Source: an uncultured Acidobacteriota bacterium
GTDB lineage: Bacteria; Acidobacteriota; Thermoanaerobaculia; Multivoradales; UBA5704
DNA length: 64,000 bases
Direction: 5' to 3'
Assembly: GCA_963770895.1 (NCBI GenBank)
Contig: CAVYRF010000002.1
Location: forward strand, 896,001-960,000
Part shown: in pieces, positions 30,595 to 40,328 of the stretch
Numbering within the stretch: position 1 is the stretch's first letter
Layout: each line of letters starts with the position of its first letter
Translations under genes and position numbers: made by a program
Notes under the pieces: model-generated
Told to the model about the DNA's origin: nothing
Database searches by the model: none
What the model saw: the letters and a program-made list of their open reading frames with translations, nothing else

Positions 30595-30870
30595 GCGGGG
30601 GTCTCGTCAGGGGAGAGGGTGCGGACATTCGCATTGGCGCTTGTATCGGCGTCATCAGGATCGCGCATACGGCTCGACCTACCGACCTCATGCACTCTTT
30701 GTGCCGGATTCGCCTGCCCGCGGTACGAGAGGTCATGCTACCGTGACCGTCCGGTGCTGGCAACCCGCCCGGATGCAGTCCGGCCAGGCGGCGCGCCCAC
30801 CACCCGGACGTGCGGGCGCGGCGATGCATGCCGATGCTAGGATGAGCCACACAACAGGAGACGACGGACC

Positions 30871-32502
30871 TTGATCCAGGCCCCAACGCCTACCGCACGG
30901 GGGCGGGAGACGCCGCCTCGCGCGCGCGCCCGCCGGCGGTCGCAGGACCCGTTGCTCGGCGCCTTCGAGCGCCTGTGCAAGCGTGGGCCGCTCGCGCCCC
31001 TGGTGGTGTCGCTGGCGCGGCGGGCGACGGTCGGCGACGTCGACAGCCAGGCGCTCGCGGCGCGGCGCGCCCTGGCCGCGGCGCTCGCCCTGCCGCCCGG
31101 GGCGCTGGTGGCGGTGGCCGCCGCCAACGGTCCCGGCCTGCTCGCGGCGCTCATCGCGCTGCGCCGCGCCGACGCCGCCGCCCTGCTGCTCGACGGCCAG
31201 ACGCCGGCCGCGGAAGCGCTGCGGGTGGCGAGGGCGCTGGGCGCCAGGGCCCTGTTGCGATGCCGCGGCGTCTGGCCCGCGGCGATGGCCGACTGGGACG
31301 TCACCCTGCTGCAGGGCGGCCAGGACGGCACCGGCAGCCCCTGGCAGGGCGCCGCCGCCGTCGAGCCGCTGGAGCTGCCCGGTATCGCGGTGGTCAAGCT
31401 GACGTCGGGCTCGACCGGCGCGCCGCGCGGCATCGCCACCCCCAGCGACGCCCTGCTGGCGGACGACGCGGCGCTCGTCCGCGCCATGGGCCTGCGCGCC
31501 GACGACCGCCTGGTGGCGGCGATCCCCATGGCCCACTCCTACGGCCTGTCCAGCCTGGCCCTGCCGGCGCTGGCGCGCGGCGCGCCGCTCATCCTGCCCG
31601 AGGACGGCGACCTGTGCGGCCCCTTCGCCGCCGCCGCCCAGCTGGGCGCCACCGTGCTGCCCACCGTGCCAGCCTGGCTCGACGCGCTGTTGCGGCTTTC
31701 CCAGGCGCCGGCGCGGCCTGCCGCCCTGCGGTTGGTGCTCGCCGCCGGCGCGCCGCTCGGCGGCCACACCGCGGCGGCGTTCCGCGAGGTCTTCGGGCTG
31801 CCGGTCCACGTCTTCTACGGCGCCAGCGAGTGCGGCGGCATCTGCTACGACCGCGAAGGCGGGGCCGCCGAGCGCGGCACGGTCGGCACCCCGGTCGATG
31901 GGGTGACGATTCAGCTGGCGCCGGTGCCCGGCGGCGCCGATGCCGATGGCGCCGAAGACGGTGACGGCGACGGCCGCGGCATCGTCTGCGTGCGCTCGCC
32001 GGCGGTGGCGGCGGGCTACGTTCCCGACCCCGACCCGCCGCGCCTGGGCGGCGGCCGCTTCGTCGCCGGCGACCTGGCCACCTGGCGCCACGGCGAGCTG
32101 GCGCTGCTGGGGCGGCAGGACGGCCTGGTCAACATCAAGGGCAGGAAGGTGAATCCGCGCGAGGTGGAAGCGGTGTTGGCGGAGCTCGCCGGCGTCGACG
32201 AAGCGGTGGTGCTGGGGATGGAGGTTCCCGGCCGCCAGGGCGAGGTGCTGCGCGCCGTCATCGCCTGCCGGCCGGGGCGGCTGACCTCGGACCAGGTGCT
32301 CAACTGGTGCCGCGACCGGCTGGCGGCGCACAAAGTGCCGCGCAGCCTGATCCTGGTGCCGCAGATCCCGCGCACCGCGCGCGGCAAGCTCGATCGCCAG
32401 GCGCTGTGTGCGCTGCGCCCCGCGGCGGCGCAAACCGCCGCCGGCCAGCCGCCGGCCACGCCGCCATCAGCGGCCCCACCGAGGGACCGCGGGCGGCGTT
32501 AG
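30871..32502 (+). CDS. Class I adenylate-forming (acyl-CoA/acyl-ACP ligase) enzyme
   Basis: LTSGSTGAPRG, HSYGL, FYGASECGG, GDL, GRKVNPREVE, PRTARGK. Confidence 0.88.
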   Translation: MIQAPTPTARGRETPPRARARRRSQDPLLGAFERLCKRGPLAPLVVSLARRATVGDVDSQALAARRALAAALALPPGALVAVAAANGPGLLAALIALRRADAAALLLDGQTPAAEALRVARALGARALLRCRGVWPAAMADWDVTLLQGGQDGTGSPWQGAAAVEPLELPGIAVVKLTSGSTGAPRGIATPSDALLADDAALVRAMGLRADDRLVAAIPMAHSYGLSSLALPALARGAPLILPEDGDLCGPFAAAAQLGATVLPTVPAWLDALLRLSQAPARPAALRLVLAAGAPLGGHTAAAFREVFGLPVHVFYGASECGGICYDREGGAAERGTVGTPVDGVTIQLAPVPGGADADGAEDGDGDGRGIVCVRSPAVAAGYVPDPDPPRLGGGRFVAGDLATWRHGELALLGRQDGLVNIKGRKVNPREVEAVLAELAGVDEAVVLGMEVPGRQGEVLRAVIACRPGRLTSDQVLNWCRDRLAAHKVPRSLILVPQIPRTARGKLDRQALCALRPAAAQTAAGQPPATPPSAAPPRDRGRR

Positions 32503-32527
32503 CCCGCGCGCGGCACGGTCCACCGCC

Positions 32528-33484
32528 ATGTCCCTGGTCGAAACGCGGCGTCCTTCGGCAGCTTCGCCAGCTCCGGCCCCGTCCGCATCGGCCCCGCCGG
32601 CGCCGGCCGCCGTCCACGGCGAGCGGGCGGACGTGCCGCCCGCGGCGGCGCCGCGGCCCTGGCGCCTGTCGCCGCTGTTGCGCGCTTCGGCGGGACTGCA
32701 CGCCGCTGCCGCCGCCGCTGTCGTCGCGGCGCCGGATCGCTGGCCGCTGGCCGCCGCCGCCCTGCTCGGCAACCACGCCGTCATCGCCGGCGCCGGGCTG
32801 TGGCCGGCCGGCAGCCTGCTCGGCCCCAACCTGTCGCGCCTCGGCGCCGCCGCGGTGCGCCGCGGCGAGGTGGCACTGACCTTTGACGACGGGCCCGATC
32901 CGCAGGTGACCCCGGCGGTGCTGGAGCGGCTTGCCGCCTGGGGAGTCACGGCCTCCTTTTTCGCCATCGGGCGCCGCGCCGAGCGGCACCCGGACCTGGT
33001 CGCCGAGCTGGTGCGCCGCGGCCACCGGGTGGAAAACCACTCCTGGTCGCATTCGCACGCCTTCGCCTTCTTTGTCTCGCCGGTCCTGCGGCGGGAGATC
33101 GCCCGCGCCCAGGACACCTTGCTGCGCCTGGCGGGGCGCCTGCCGCGCTACTTCCGCGCCCCGGCCGGCTTCCGCAGCGTGCTGCTGGAGCGCGAGCTGG
33201 CCGCCGCCGGCCTGCACCTGGTCTCGTGGACCCGGCGCGGCTTCGACACCGTGTCGCGCGACCCGCGCCGGGTTGCCGGGCGGCTGGTCCGCGGGCTGGC
33301 GGCAGGAGATGTGCTGCTGCTTCACGACGGCTCGGCGGCGCGCGACCGCGCCGGCGTGCCGGTGGTGGTCGAAGCGTTGCCGCGGCTGCTCGACCAGCTG
33401 GCGGCGCGCGGATTGCGCGCCGTGCCCCTGGGCGGGGCGACAGAAGGCCAGGCCGGCGACGACCCTGAGGAGGTGGCAGGCTGA
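32528..33484 (+). CDS. Polysaccharide deacetylase (NodB/CE4)
   Basis: ALTFDDGP, ENHSWSH, YFRAPAG, RGFDT, VLLLHD. Confidence 0.92.
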   Translation: MSLVETRRPSAASPAPAPSASAPPAPAAVHGERADVPPAAAPRPWRLSPLLRASAGLHAAAAAAVVAAPDRWPLAAAALLGNHAVIAGAGLWPAGSLLGPNLSRLGAAAVRRGEVALTFDDGPDPQVTPAVLERLAAWGVTASFFAIGRRAERHPDLVAELVRRGHRVENHSWSHSHAFAFFVSPVLRREIARAQDTLLRLAGRLPRYFRAPAGFRSVLLERELAAAGLHLVSWTRRGFDTVSRDPRRVAGRLVRGLAAGDVLLLHDGSAARDRAGVPVVVEALPRLLDQLAARGLRAVPLGGATEGQAGDDPEEVAG

Positions 33485-33486
33485 GC

Positions 33487-34716
33487 GTGATGGCCGAGTC
33501 GGCCGGCCGGCCCGGCGCCAAGCGCAAGCGCCAGCACCGGCTGCGCGAGCTGGTCTATCGCCTGCGCATCGAAGGCGACACGCCCGAGCGCCAGGCGGCC
33601 GCCGTGGCGCTCGGCATCTTCATCGGCTGCACGCCGCTCTACGGGCTGCACCTGGCGCTGTGCATCCTGTGCGCCCGCTGGCTGGGCCTCAACCGGGTGA
33701 AGACCTACCTGGCCGCCCACATCAGCACGCCGGTGTTGATGCCCTTCCTGCTCTTTTTCGAAGTGCAGACCGGGCGTCTCGTGCTCGGCCACCCGCTGCT
33801 GCAGCTCCGCCCTTCGCAGGTACCGCAGCACTGGCACTGGGACGTCGCGCACCTCACCTTCTGGCGCTGGCAGTCCTGGATCGACCTGCTGGTGGGAAGC
33901 GCCGTGCTCGGCGCCGTGCTGGCGGCGCTGCTGGGGCTGCTGACGCTGTGGGTGCTGCACCGCGCGCGCCGGGCTCCCGACGTCGAATCGCTGATCGAAG
34001 CCACCGCGCACCGCTACCTGGACGCCGGCCTGCTGCAATGTGAAACGGTGCGCGGCAAGCTCCGCCACGATCCGATCTACTTCGCGCTGCTGCGCGACGG
34101 CAGGCTGCCGTGCGCGGGGCGGCTGGTGGACCTGGGCTGTGGCCGCGGTACCGCGATGGCGGTGCTCGCCGCGGCGCGCGACCGGCACGAGCGCGGCGTG
34201 GCCCCCGACGGCTGGCCGGCGCCACCGGCCCTGCACCTGCTCGGTCTGGAGGGTTCGCCGGCCAAGGTCGAGGTGGCGCGGACCGGCCTGGGGGGGCGCG
34301 CCGAGGTGCAGCTGGCCGACCTGTGCACGGCGGCGATCCCCGAGGCCGACGTCATCCTGCTGATCGACGTGCTGCACTACCTGCCGCCGGCCGCGCAGGA
34401 GCGCCTGCTGGCGCGAGCCGCGGCGGCCCTGGCACCGGGCGGCAGCCTCTTCCTGCGCGAGGCCGACGCGGCGGGCGGCTGGCGCTTCCAGGGCATCCGC
34501 GCCGCCGAAGCCGTCATGGCCTGCCTGCGCCGCAACTGGCCGCAATGCCGGCGCGGCTTCCACTACCGTTCGCAGGCCGCCTGGACGGCGCTGCTGACCG
34601 CCCACGGCCTGACCGCCGGCCCCATGCCCATGGCGCCGATGTCGGGCCACGCCCCCTACGCCAACGTCCTGCTGCAAGCCACCCGCGCCGCCGCCAGCCC
34701 GATGCAGGAAGCCTAG
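33487..34716 (+). CDS. DUF2062 membrane domain fused to a class I SAM methyltransferase
   Basis: TPERQAAAVALGIFIGCTPLYGLH (DUF2062); GKLRHDPIY, LVDLGCGRG, DVLHYL, PYANVLL. Confidence 0.85.
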   Translation: MMAESAGRPGAKRKRQHRLRELVYRLRIEGDTPERQAAAVALGIFIGCTPLYGLHLALCILCARWLGLNRVKTYLAAHISTPVLMPFLLFFEVQTGRLVLGHPLLQLRPSQVPQHWHWDVAHLTFWRWQSWIDLLVGSAVLGAVLAALLGLLTLWVLHRARRAPDVESLIEATAHRYLDAGLLQCETVRGKLRHDPIYFALLRDGRLPCAGRLVDLGCGRGTAMAVLAAARDRHERGVAPDGWPAPPALHLLGLEGSPAKVEVARTGLGGRAEVQLADLCTAAIPEADVILLIDVLHYLPPAAQERLLARAAAALAPGGSLFLREADAAGGWRFQGIRAAEAVMACLRRNWPQCRRGFHYRSQAAWTALLTAHGLTAGPMPMAPMSGHAPYANVLLQATRAAASPMQEA

Positions 34717-34729
34717 TGTCCCGCTCGGG

Positions 34730-35974
34730 TCAGCCGGGCAGGCCGACGGTGACGCGCAGGTCGTCCGGCCGCAGGTGGCGGCGGGCGGCCGCGGCCAGGG
34801 TCGGCTGATCCAGGGCCCGCAGATCGGCGGCGCGGCGGGCGGGGTCGTCCAGAGGCAAGCCGTACTGCTCGGCCTCCAGCAGGATGTCCGCCCACTGGCG
34901 GGCGGTCTCCTGGCGGAACGGCTCGCGCCCCAGCAGGTAGGAGCGGGCGTCTTCCAGCTCGCGGTCGGTGATGCCGTCTTCGGCCAGGCGGGCGATCTCC
35001 TCGATGACGCCGCGCTCCGCCTTCTCGACGGTATCGAGCGAGGTGCCGACGTAGGCCAGCAAGCGGCCGGGGTCCTCTCCCGCCCCCGCCACGGTCTGGG
35101 CGTAGGCGGTATAGGCCAGGCCTTCGCGCTCGCGGATACGCTCGGGGATGCGGCCGGTCAGGCCGGCGCCCGAGCCCAGCACCACCGCCAGCAGCTCCAG
35201 CGCCGTGTAGTCCGGGTGGCGGCGCGGCACCGTCAGATGGCCGATGTAGAGGTGCGCCTGGTCCGCCGACTCGACCGTCACCTGGTGGCGGCGCTGCGGC
35301 AGACCGCGCGGCGCGACGGGCGGCGCAAAGGGCTCCGCCGCGGGGATGCGGCCGGCGAACAGCTCCTGCAGGCGCCGCTCGACGGCGTCTTCGTCGATCA
35401 CTCCGGCTACCGCGGCGATGACGCCGCCGGCCAGGGCGCGGCCGTGCAGCGCCGTGCAGTCCGCCGCCGTCACCCGCAGCAGGCTCGCGGTATCGCCGTG
35501 GATCGGGCGGCTGCGGGGGTGCGGCGCGTACAGGTGCTCCAGGAAGGCCCACGCGGTCTTCACGTCCGGCTGGTCGGCCAGCCCTTCCAGCTCCGCCGCC
35601 GCCTGGCGGCCCAGCCAGTCGCAGCGGTCCGCCGGGAACGACGGCGCCAGCATCAGCTCCGCCCCCCACGCCAGCGCCAGCTCCCAATCGGGCGCCAGGG
35701 CGTCGATGTTGACGCCGTGCCCCTCGAACGAGCCGAAGCTGGACAGCTCCATGCCGCGGTCCTCGGCGTCCGTGGCGATGCGCTGCCAGTCGCGCTGCAG
35801 GGTGCCCTCTTCGAGCATGCGCCCGGTCAGCAGACCCTGGCCGGGAATGGTTTCGACGCGGGTGCCGGCGTCCAGCCACAGGCGCACCGCGACGATCGGC
35901 GCGCCCTCGACGCGGCGCACGCGCGTGGCAAAACCCGTACGGGGTCGCGGCGGTTGCGGAGCGGGAGGCGTCAT
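34730..35974 (-). CDS. M16 peptidase family, non-catalytic subunit
   Basis: MLEEGT (no HXXEH), LYAPHP, RIREREGLAY; ATGA overlap with the catalytic subunit. Confidence 0.88.
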   Translation of the reverse strand: MTPPAPQPPRPRTGFATRVRRVEGAPIVAVRLWLDAGTRVETIPGQGLLTGRMLEEGTLQRDWQRIATDAEDRGMELSSFGSFEGHGVNIDALAPDWELALAWGAELMLAPSFPADRCDWLGRQAAAELEGLADQPDVKTAWAFLEHLYAPHPRSRPIHGDTASLLRVTAADCTALHGRALAGGVIAAVAGVIDEDAVERRLQELFAGRIPAAEPFAPPVAPRGLPQRRHQVTVESADQAHLYIGHLTVPRRHPDYTALELLAVVLGSGAGLTGRIPERIREREGLAYTAYAQTVAGAGEDPGRLLAYVGTSLDTVEKAERGVIEEIARLAEDGITDRELEDARSYLLGREPFRQETARQWADILLEAEQYGLPLDDPARRAADLRALDQPTLAAAARRHLRPDDLRVTVGLPG

Positions 35975-37413
35975 TGCTGGCGCGGCAGCGACCAGCCGAG
36001 GACGCTCCCCAGCTCGGGACGCAGGTAGCGGCGCGCCGCCTCGTGCAGGTCCGCGGGGCCGGTGGCGAGCAGGCGCCGCAGCTGGCGGTCCAGATGGTCG
36101 GCGTCGAACAGCGCCAGGGCGACGGCCAGGGAGAGCGCCTGCTGCTCGATCTTTTCGTGGTGGATCACCCAGTCGGCAAGCGCCACCTGGCGCGCGCGCT
36201 CCACCTCCTCGGCGGGCGGCGGCGCCGCGGTCAGCTCGGCCAGCAGGCGCAGCACTTCGGATTCGACGCGCGCCGGAGCGATGCCCGGCACCAGCTCGGC
36301 GGCGATCGTCAGGTGACCGACGTCCAGGGCTTCGACCACTTCGGCCTGCACCCAGCTGCACAGCTGCCCTTCGTCCACCAGCGTGCGGTAGAGCCGGCTG
36401 GTGCGGCCGCTGCCCAGAAGCGTCGCCAGCAGGCGCACCACCGGAAAGTCGGCGGCGTCGCCCGCCGGCACCGGCAGCGACAGCATCATGCGCGGCACCT
36501 CGCCCTTGTGCCGGCGCAGCCGCGCCATCCCGGCCAGGCGCACGACCGGCGGCGTGGCGGCGGCGCGGTGCGGCTGGCCAGGGCCCGCGTCGTCGTCGTA
36601 GGCAGCGTCGGCGCCGGCGGAGGGGTGCGAAGCATCGGCGGCACGCCCAGGCAACCAGCCAAGGTGGCGCTCGACCTCGGCCATGGCGTCGGCGGCCAGG
36701 TCGCCGGCCACCACCAACACGGCGTTGTCGGGGCGATAGAGGCGGCGCTGGAACGCGGCCAGGTGCTTGCGGCCGCTGGCGCGCAGCTCGCCGCGTGCGC
36801 CCAGCACCGGCCGGCCGTAGGGGTGGCCGCGGAACAGACGCTTCTGCACCGCTACTTCCAGCGCATCCCACGGCTCGCTGTCGTACATGGCGATCTCTTC
36901 GAGGATCACCTGGCGCTCGCTCGCCACCTGGGTGGGATCGAGCGCCAGCGCCGACATGCGGTCGGCTTCGATCGCCAGGGCTTCGGTCCAGCGGTCGGCG
37001 GCGAAGCTGAAGTAGTAGGTCGTGGCGTCGTGGCTGGTGAAGGCGTTGTTGGAACCGCCCAGCGCCTGGGTGCGGCGGTCGATCTCGCCGGCGCCGTACA
37101 CCTTGGCGCCCTTGAACATCATGTGCTCCAGGAAATGCGCTACGCCGCCGTGCCCCGCGACCTCGTCGCGGGTGCCGGCGCGGAAGGTGAGCGCGGTGGT
37201 GACCACCGGCGCCTGGCGATTCTCCACCAGGCACACCGTCAGGCCGTTGGCCAGCCGCGTCAGCCGCCGCCGGCCCGGAATGCACGACTCGCCCAGCAGC
37301 GCCGGCAGCGCCGCGGCGGCGCCCGCCAGGGGAGCGCCGAGGGGCGCCACGGCGGCCGCGGGCGATTCGCGCCGCCGGCCGCGACGGCGCTCCGGGAAGG
37401 AAACCGGCTTCAT
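35971..37413 (-). CDS. M16 zinc peptidase, catalytic subunit
   Basis: GVAHFLEHMMFKG, NAFTSHD, ERQVILEE, HPYGRPVLG, YRPDNAVLVVAGD. Confidence 0.92.
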   Translation of the reverse strand: MKPVSFPERRRGRRRESPAAAVAPLGAPLAGAAAALPALLGESCIPGRRRLTRLANGLTVCLVENRQAPVVTTALTFRAGTRDEVAGHGGVAHFLEHMMFKGAKVYGAGEIDRRTQALGGSNNAFTSHDATTYYFSFAADRWTEALAIEADRMSALALDPTQVASERQVILEEIAMYDSEPWDALEVAVQKRLFRGHPYGRPVLGARGELRASGRKHLAAFQRRLYRPDNAVLVVAGDLAADAMAEVERHLGWLPGRAADASHPSAGADAAYDDDAGPGQPHRAAATPPVVRLAGMARLRRHKGEVPRMMLSLPVPAGDAADFPVVRLLATLLGSGRTSRLYRTLVDEGQLCSWVQAEVVEALDVGHLTIAAELVPGIAPARVESEVLRLLAELTAAPPPAEEVERARQVALADWVIHHEKIEQQALSLAVALALFDADHLDRQLRRLLATGPADLHEAARRYLRPELGSVLGWSLPRQQ

Positions 37414-37418
37414 CACTA

Positions 37419-40286
37419 CTAGCCGCCGTTCTCGCGCACCAGGTTGACGTCGATCTTCTGCCGCGCCTTGTCGGCCCCCGGATTCACCTCGACGGCCAGG
37501 TCCCGGCGGCTGTAGCCGGGCGACACCACCGTCACCCGGTGCGTCCCCGGCGGCAGGCTCAGCCATTCGTCCGGATGACCGAAGCGGCCGGCATAGCGCT
37601 TTGCAGGCCCGACCGTGGCGCCGTCCACCAGGATCACGGCATTGACGTCGGGCTGCACGTGCAGGGCGATCGAATCGCGCACCTGGATGGTCTGCAGATC
37701 GGGCATCTCGATCTGGGCGGCGGGCAGCGGTTGCAGGTTGACCACCACCGGCGTGGTGCCGCGGGTGGCGGTCGCCTCGACGCTGATGCGGTAATCCTTC
37801 ATCCCCGCCTTCTTGATTTTGACCAGGTGCGAGCCCGCCTCGGGCAGCATGAAGGAGCGCTCCCCCTTCTGCCCGCTCCACTCCTCGGCCTTGCCGATGA
37901 CCGCGCCGTCGAGCAGCACGAAGGCGTCGGGAGGGTTGACCCGGAACGCCAGCTCCAGGCCGCTATGCAGCACCTTGTCGACGGCGGGAGTCGGCGGCGC
38001 CGGCGCACCACCGCGGGTGTCGCCGCCCGTGGCCGTCGTCGCCGTCCGGTCGGCGTCCGCCGCCGGCTGCCGCGAGGGCGGCGGCGCCGCCTGCTCGGAG
38101 GGGGGGACGTAGGGCGGCGGCGAGGCGGCGGCCGAGCGCGAGGCGCGCGTGCCGGGCGTGCCGTCCGCGGCGCGCGGGGCGGCGGCGCCAGCGCCGGAGC
38201 GCGACGCCGGCGGCGGCGGCGGGGGGGGCGAAGCGGCGGTCCCGCCGCTCGAGGTTCCGGCCGCGGCGGTCGCGCCGGCCGGGCCGGAGGTGCCGGTGCC
38301 GTTGGCCCCGGAGCCCGCGACGGTCGGGCTGCCAGCCAGCCGCGGCGGCGCGCCGCCGGCGCGCGAACCGGGCGACACTCCCCCGGCGCCGGTGCCGCCG
38401 CCCACGCTCGCCGGGCCGCCGGCGCCCGACGGCGCCGCCGGCCCGCGCGATCCGCCTGCCGAGCCGACCGGGCCGGGGGCGATCGCATCACCCACCCCGG
38501 CGGCGGCGCTCGGCGTGCCGTTGGCGGTCCCGCCCGCGCCGACGGCCCCGCCGGTCGACGCCGCGCCCGAAGCGGAGCCGGCGTCAGCCGCCGTGCTCCC
38601 GGCCGTCGGCGTCGCGGCCGTCACCGTGGCATCGGCCCCCCCTGGACGCAGGTAGCGCTGCCAGAACCAGTACCCGCCGACGGCGACCGCCGAAAAGAAC
38701 AGCAGCAGCAGCGCCGCCACCAGCAGCAACACCTTGGCCCCCGTCCCGCGCCGCGCCGCCACGGCGGCACCGCCGGGCGGGGGTGCCCCGGGGATCGCGG
38801 GCGCCGGCAGGGGCGATCCGGCCGCCGGTGCCGTGGCCGTGGCGGCCGCCGGCGAGCTGCCGCTCACCCCGGCCGGCCCGGCGGCGGCGGCGCCGGGAAA
38901 TGCCCGTAAGGGAGTGCCGGCCGGCGCAGGCGGCGCGCCCGCTCCAGCGGCCTGTTGGGCAGCCGCTGCGGCAACACCGCCGCTGGCCGCTGCGGCCGGC
39001 AGCCCGCCGGACCCCGCCAGGCCGCCGCCCGGCAGCGACCGCGACGGCATGACGCGCGTGGCATCGAGCACGTCGGCGGGCGGCGCCGCCGGCGCGGCCA
39101 GCACGGCGTCTGGCAGCTCGCGCTCGATCGCCGCCAGCTCCTGGGCGACGCCGGCGGCGGTCGAGATCCGCTCATCCCGCTCCTTGGCCATCATCTGGTG
39201 CAGCAGCTGCTCGATCTGCAGCGGCACCGATCGCAGCTCGGCGATCGACGGCTCCTTGTGCAGGATCTGGTAGACCAGGGTGGTGATCGTTTCGCCGTCG
39301 AACGGGCGCCGTCCCGACAGCATCTCGTAGAGCACCACGCCGAGCGAAAAGATGTCGCTGCGGCCGTCCAGCTCGTCGCCGCGGATCTGCTCGGGCGAAA
39401 GGTACTGCGGGCTTCCCATCACCGACCCGGCGACGGTCAGCTCGGTGTTCTGGCCCGCCACCTTGGCGATGCCGAAGTCCGCCACCTTCACGTGTCCCTG
39501 CAGATCGATCAGGATGTTGCTCGGCTTGATGTCGCGGTGCACGATGCCCTGGCGATGGGCGTAGTCGAGCGCCTCGGCGACCGAGCGCACGATGCGCAGC
39601 ACCTCGCGCAGCGCCAGCGGCGGCGCGGCATCCAGCCGGCTGGCCAGGTCGCAGCCTTCGACAAACTCGAAGGCAAGGTACAGCAGCCCCTCCGCTTCGC
39701 CGGTGTCGAACAGCGTCACCACGTTCGGGTGCAGCAGGCGGCCCGCGGCGCGCGCTTCGCGCAGCAGCCGCCGCTTGCGGTCCTCGATGTCCTGCGGCCG
39801 CCCACCCGCCAGGCGCACCGTCTTGATCGCCAGCTGGCGTTCGATGTGGGGGTCCTCGGCCAGGTACACCTCGCCCATCGCACCGGCGCCGAGGAAGCGC
39901 ACGATGCGGTAGCGACCTACAAGCTGGCCGCTGGCGAGCGTGCTCATCGCTTGCCGAACGTCTCCGGGTTCCGCGGTATTTTCCGCGCCGTCCGTGCCGG
40001 CCATGGGATCGCCCGCGTCGTCTTCATCGGGCTCATCCGGCAGGGACGCGGCCTTTTCCTGCAGGTCGAGCGCCGCCAGGGCCTCTTCGAGGCGGTCCTT
40101 CGGGACCCGCACCCGCACCTCCCCCAGCGCGCCCACATCCACCGGCAGCTCGGAAGCGTGCAGCGACTCCACCTCGGCCGGAATGCCGCTGTTCTGCAGG
40201 AAGCCGACGATCAGGACCGCCTCTTCGTTGGTCTCGACGACCTTGGCGGTCCCCCACTCTTGTGTGTTCCCCGGTTGTTCAGACAT
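37419..40286 (-). CDS. Membrane Ser/Thr kinase with PEGA-like C-terminal domains and an in-frame N-terminal DUF2007-like domain
   Basis: AGGAGG RBS before ATG 40286; LGAGAMGEVY, AIK, HRDIKPSN, DFG, GSPQYLSPEQ; TM helix; PEGA-like repeats. A kinase-only start at 39947 is possible. Confidence 0.88.
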   Translation of the reverse strand: MSEQPGNTQEWGTAKVVETNEEAVLIVGFLQNSGIPAEVESLHASELPVDVGALGEVRVRVPKDRLEEALAALDLQEKAASLPDEPDEDDAGDPMAGTDGAENTAEPGDVRQAMSTLASGQLVGRYRIVRFLGAGAMGEVYLAEDPHIERQLAIKTVRLAGGRPQDIEDRKRRLLREARAAGRLLHPNVVTLFDTGEAEGLLYLAFEFVEGCDLASRLDAAPPLALREVLRIVRSVAEALDYAHRQGIVHRDIKPSNILIDLQGHVKVADFGIAKVAGQNTELTVAGSVMGSPQYLSPEQIRGDELDGRSDIFSLGVVLYEMLSGRRPFDGETITTLVYQILHKEPSIAELRSVPLQIEQLLHQMMAKERDERISTAAGVAQELAAIERELPDAVLAAPAAPPADVLDATRVMPSRSLPGGGLAGSGGLPAAAASGGVAAAAAQQAAGAGAPPAPAGTPLRAFPGAAAAGPAGVSGSSPAAATATAPAAGSPLPAPAIPGAPPPGGAAVAARRGTGAKVLLLVAALLLLFFSAVAVGGYWFWQRYLRPGGADATVTAATPTAGSTAADAGSASGAASTGGAVGAGGTANGTPSAAAGVGDAIAPGPVGSAGGSRGPAAPSGAGGPASVGGGTGAGGVSPGSRAGGAPPRLAGSPTVAGSGANGTGTSGPAGATAAAGTSSGGTAASPPPPPPPASRSGAGAAAPRAADGTPGTRASRSAAASPPPYVPPSEQAAPPPSRQPAADADRTATTATGGDTRGGAPAPPTPAVDKVLHSGLELAFRVNPPDAFVLLDGAVIGKAEEWSGQKGERSFMLPEAGSHLVKIKKAGMKDYRISVEATATRGTTPVVVNLQPLPAAQIEMPDLQTIQVRDSIALHVQPDVNAVILVDGATVGPAKRYAGRFGHPDEWLSLPPGTHRVTVVSPGYSRRDLAVEVNPGADKARQKIDVNLVRENGG

Positions 40287-40328
40287 CGGCACCTCCTGAA
40301 ATCCTGGCTGCAGAGCTGGCTGGGGCGA

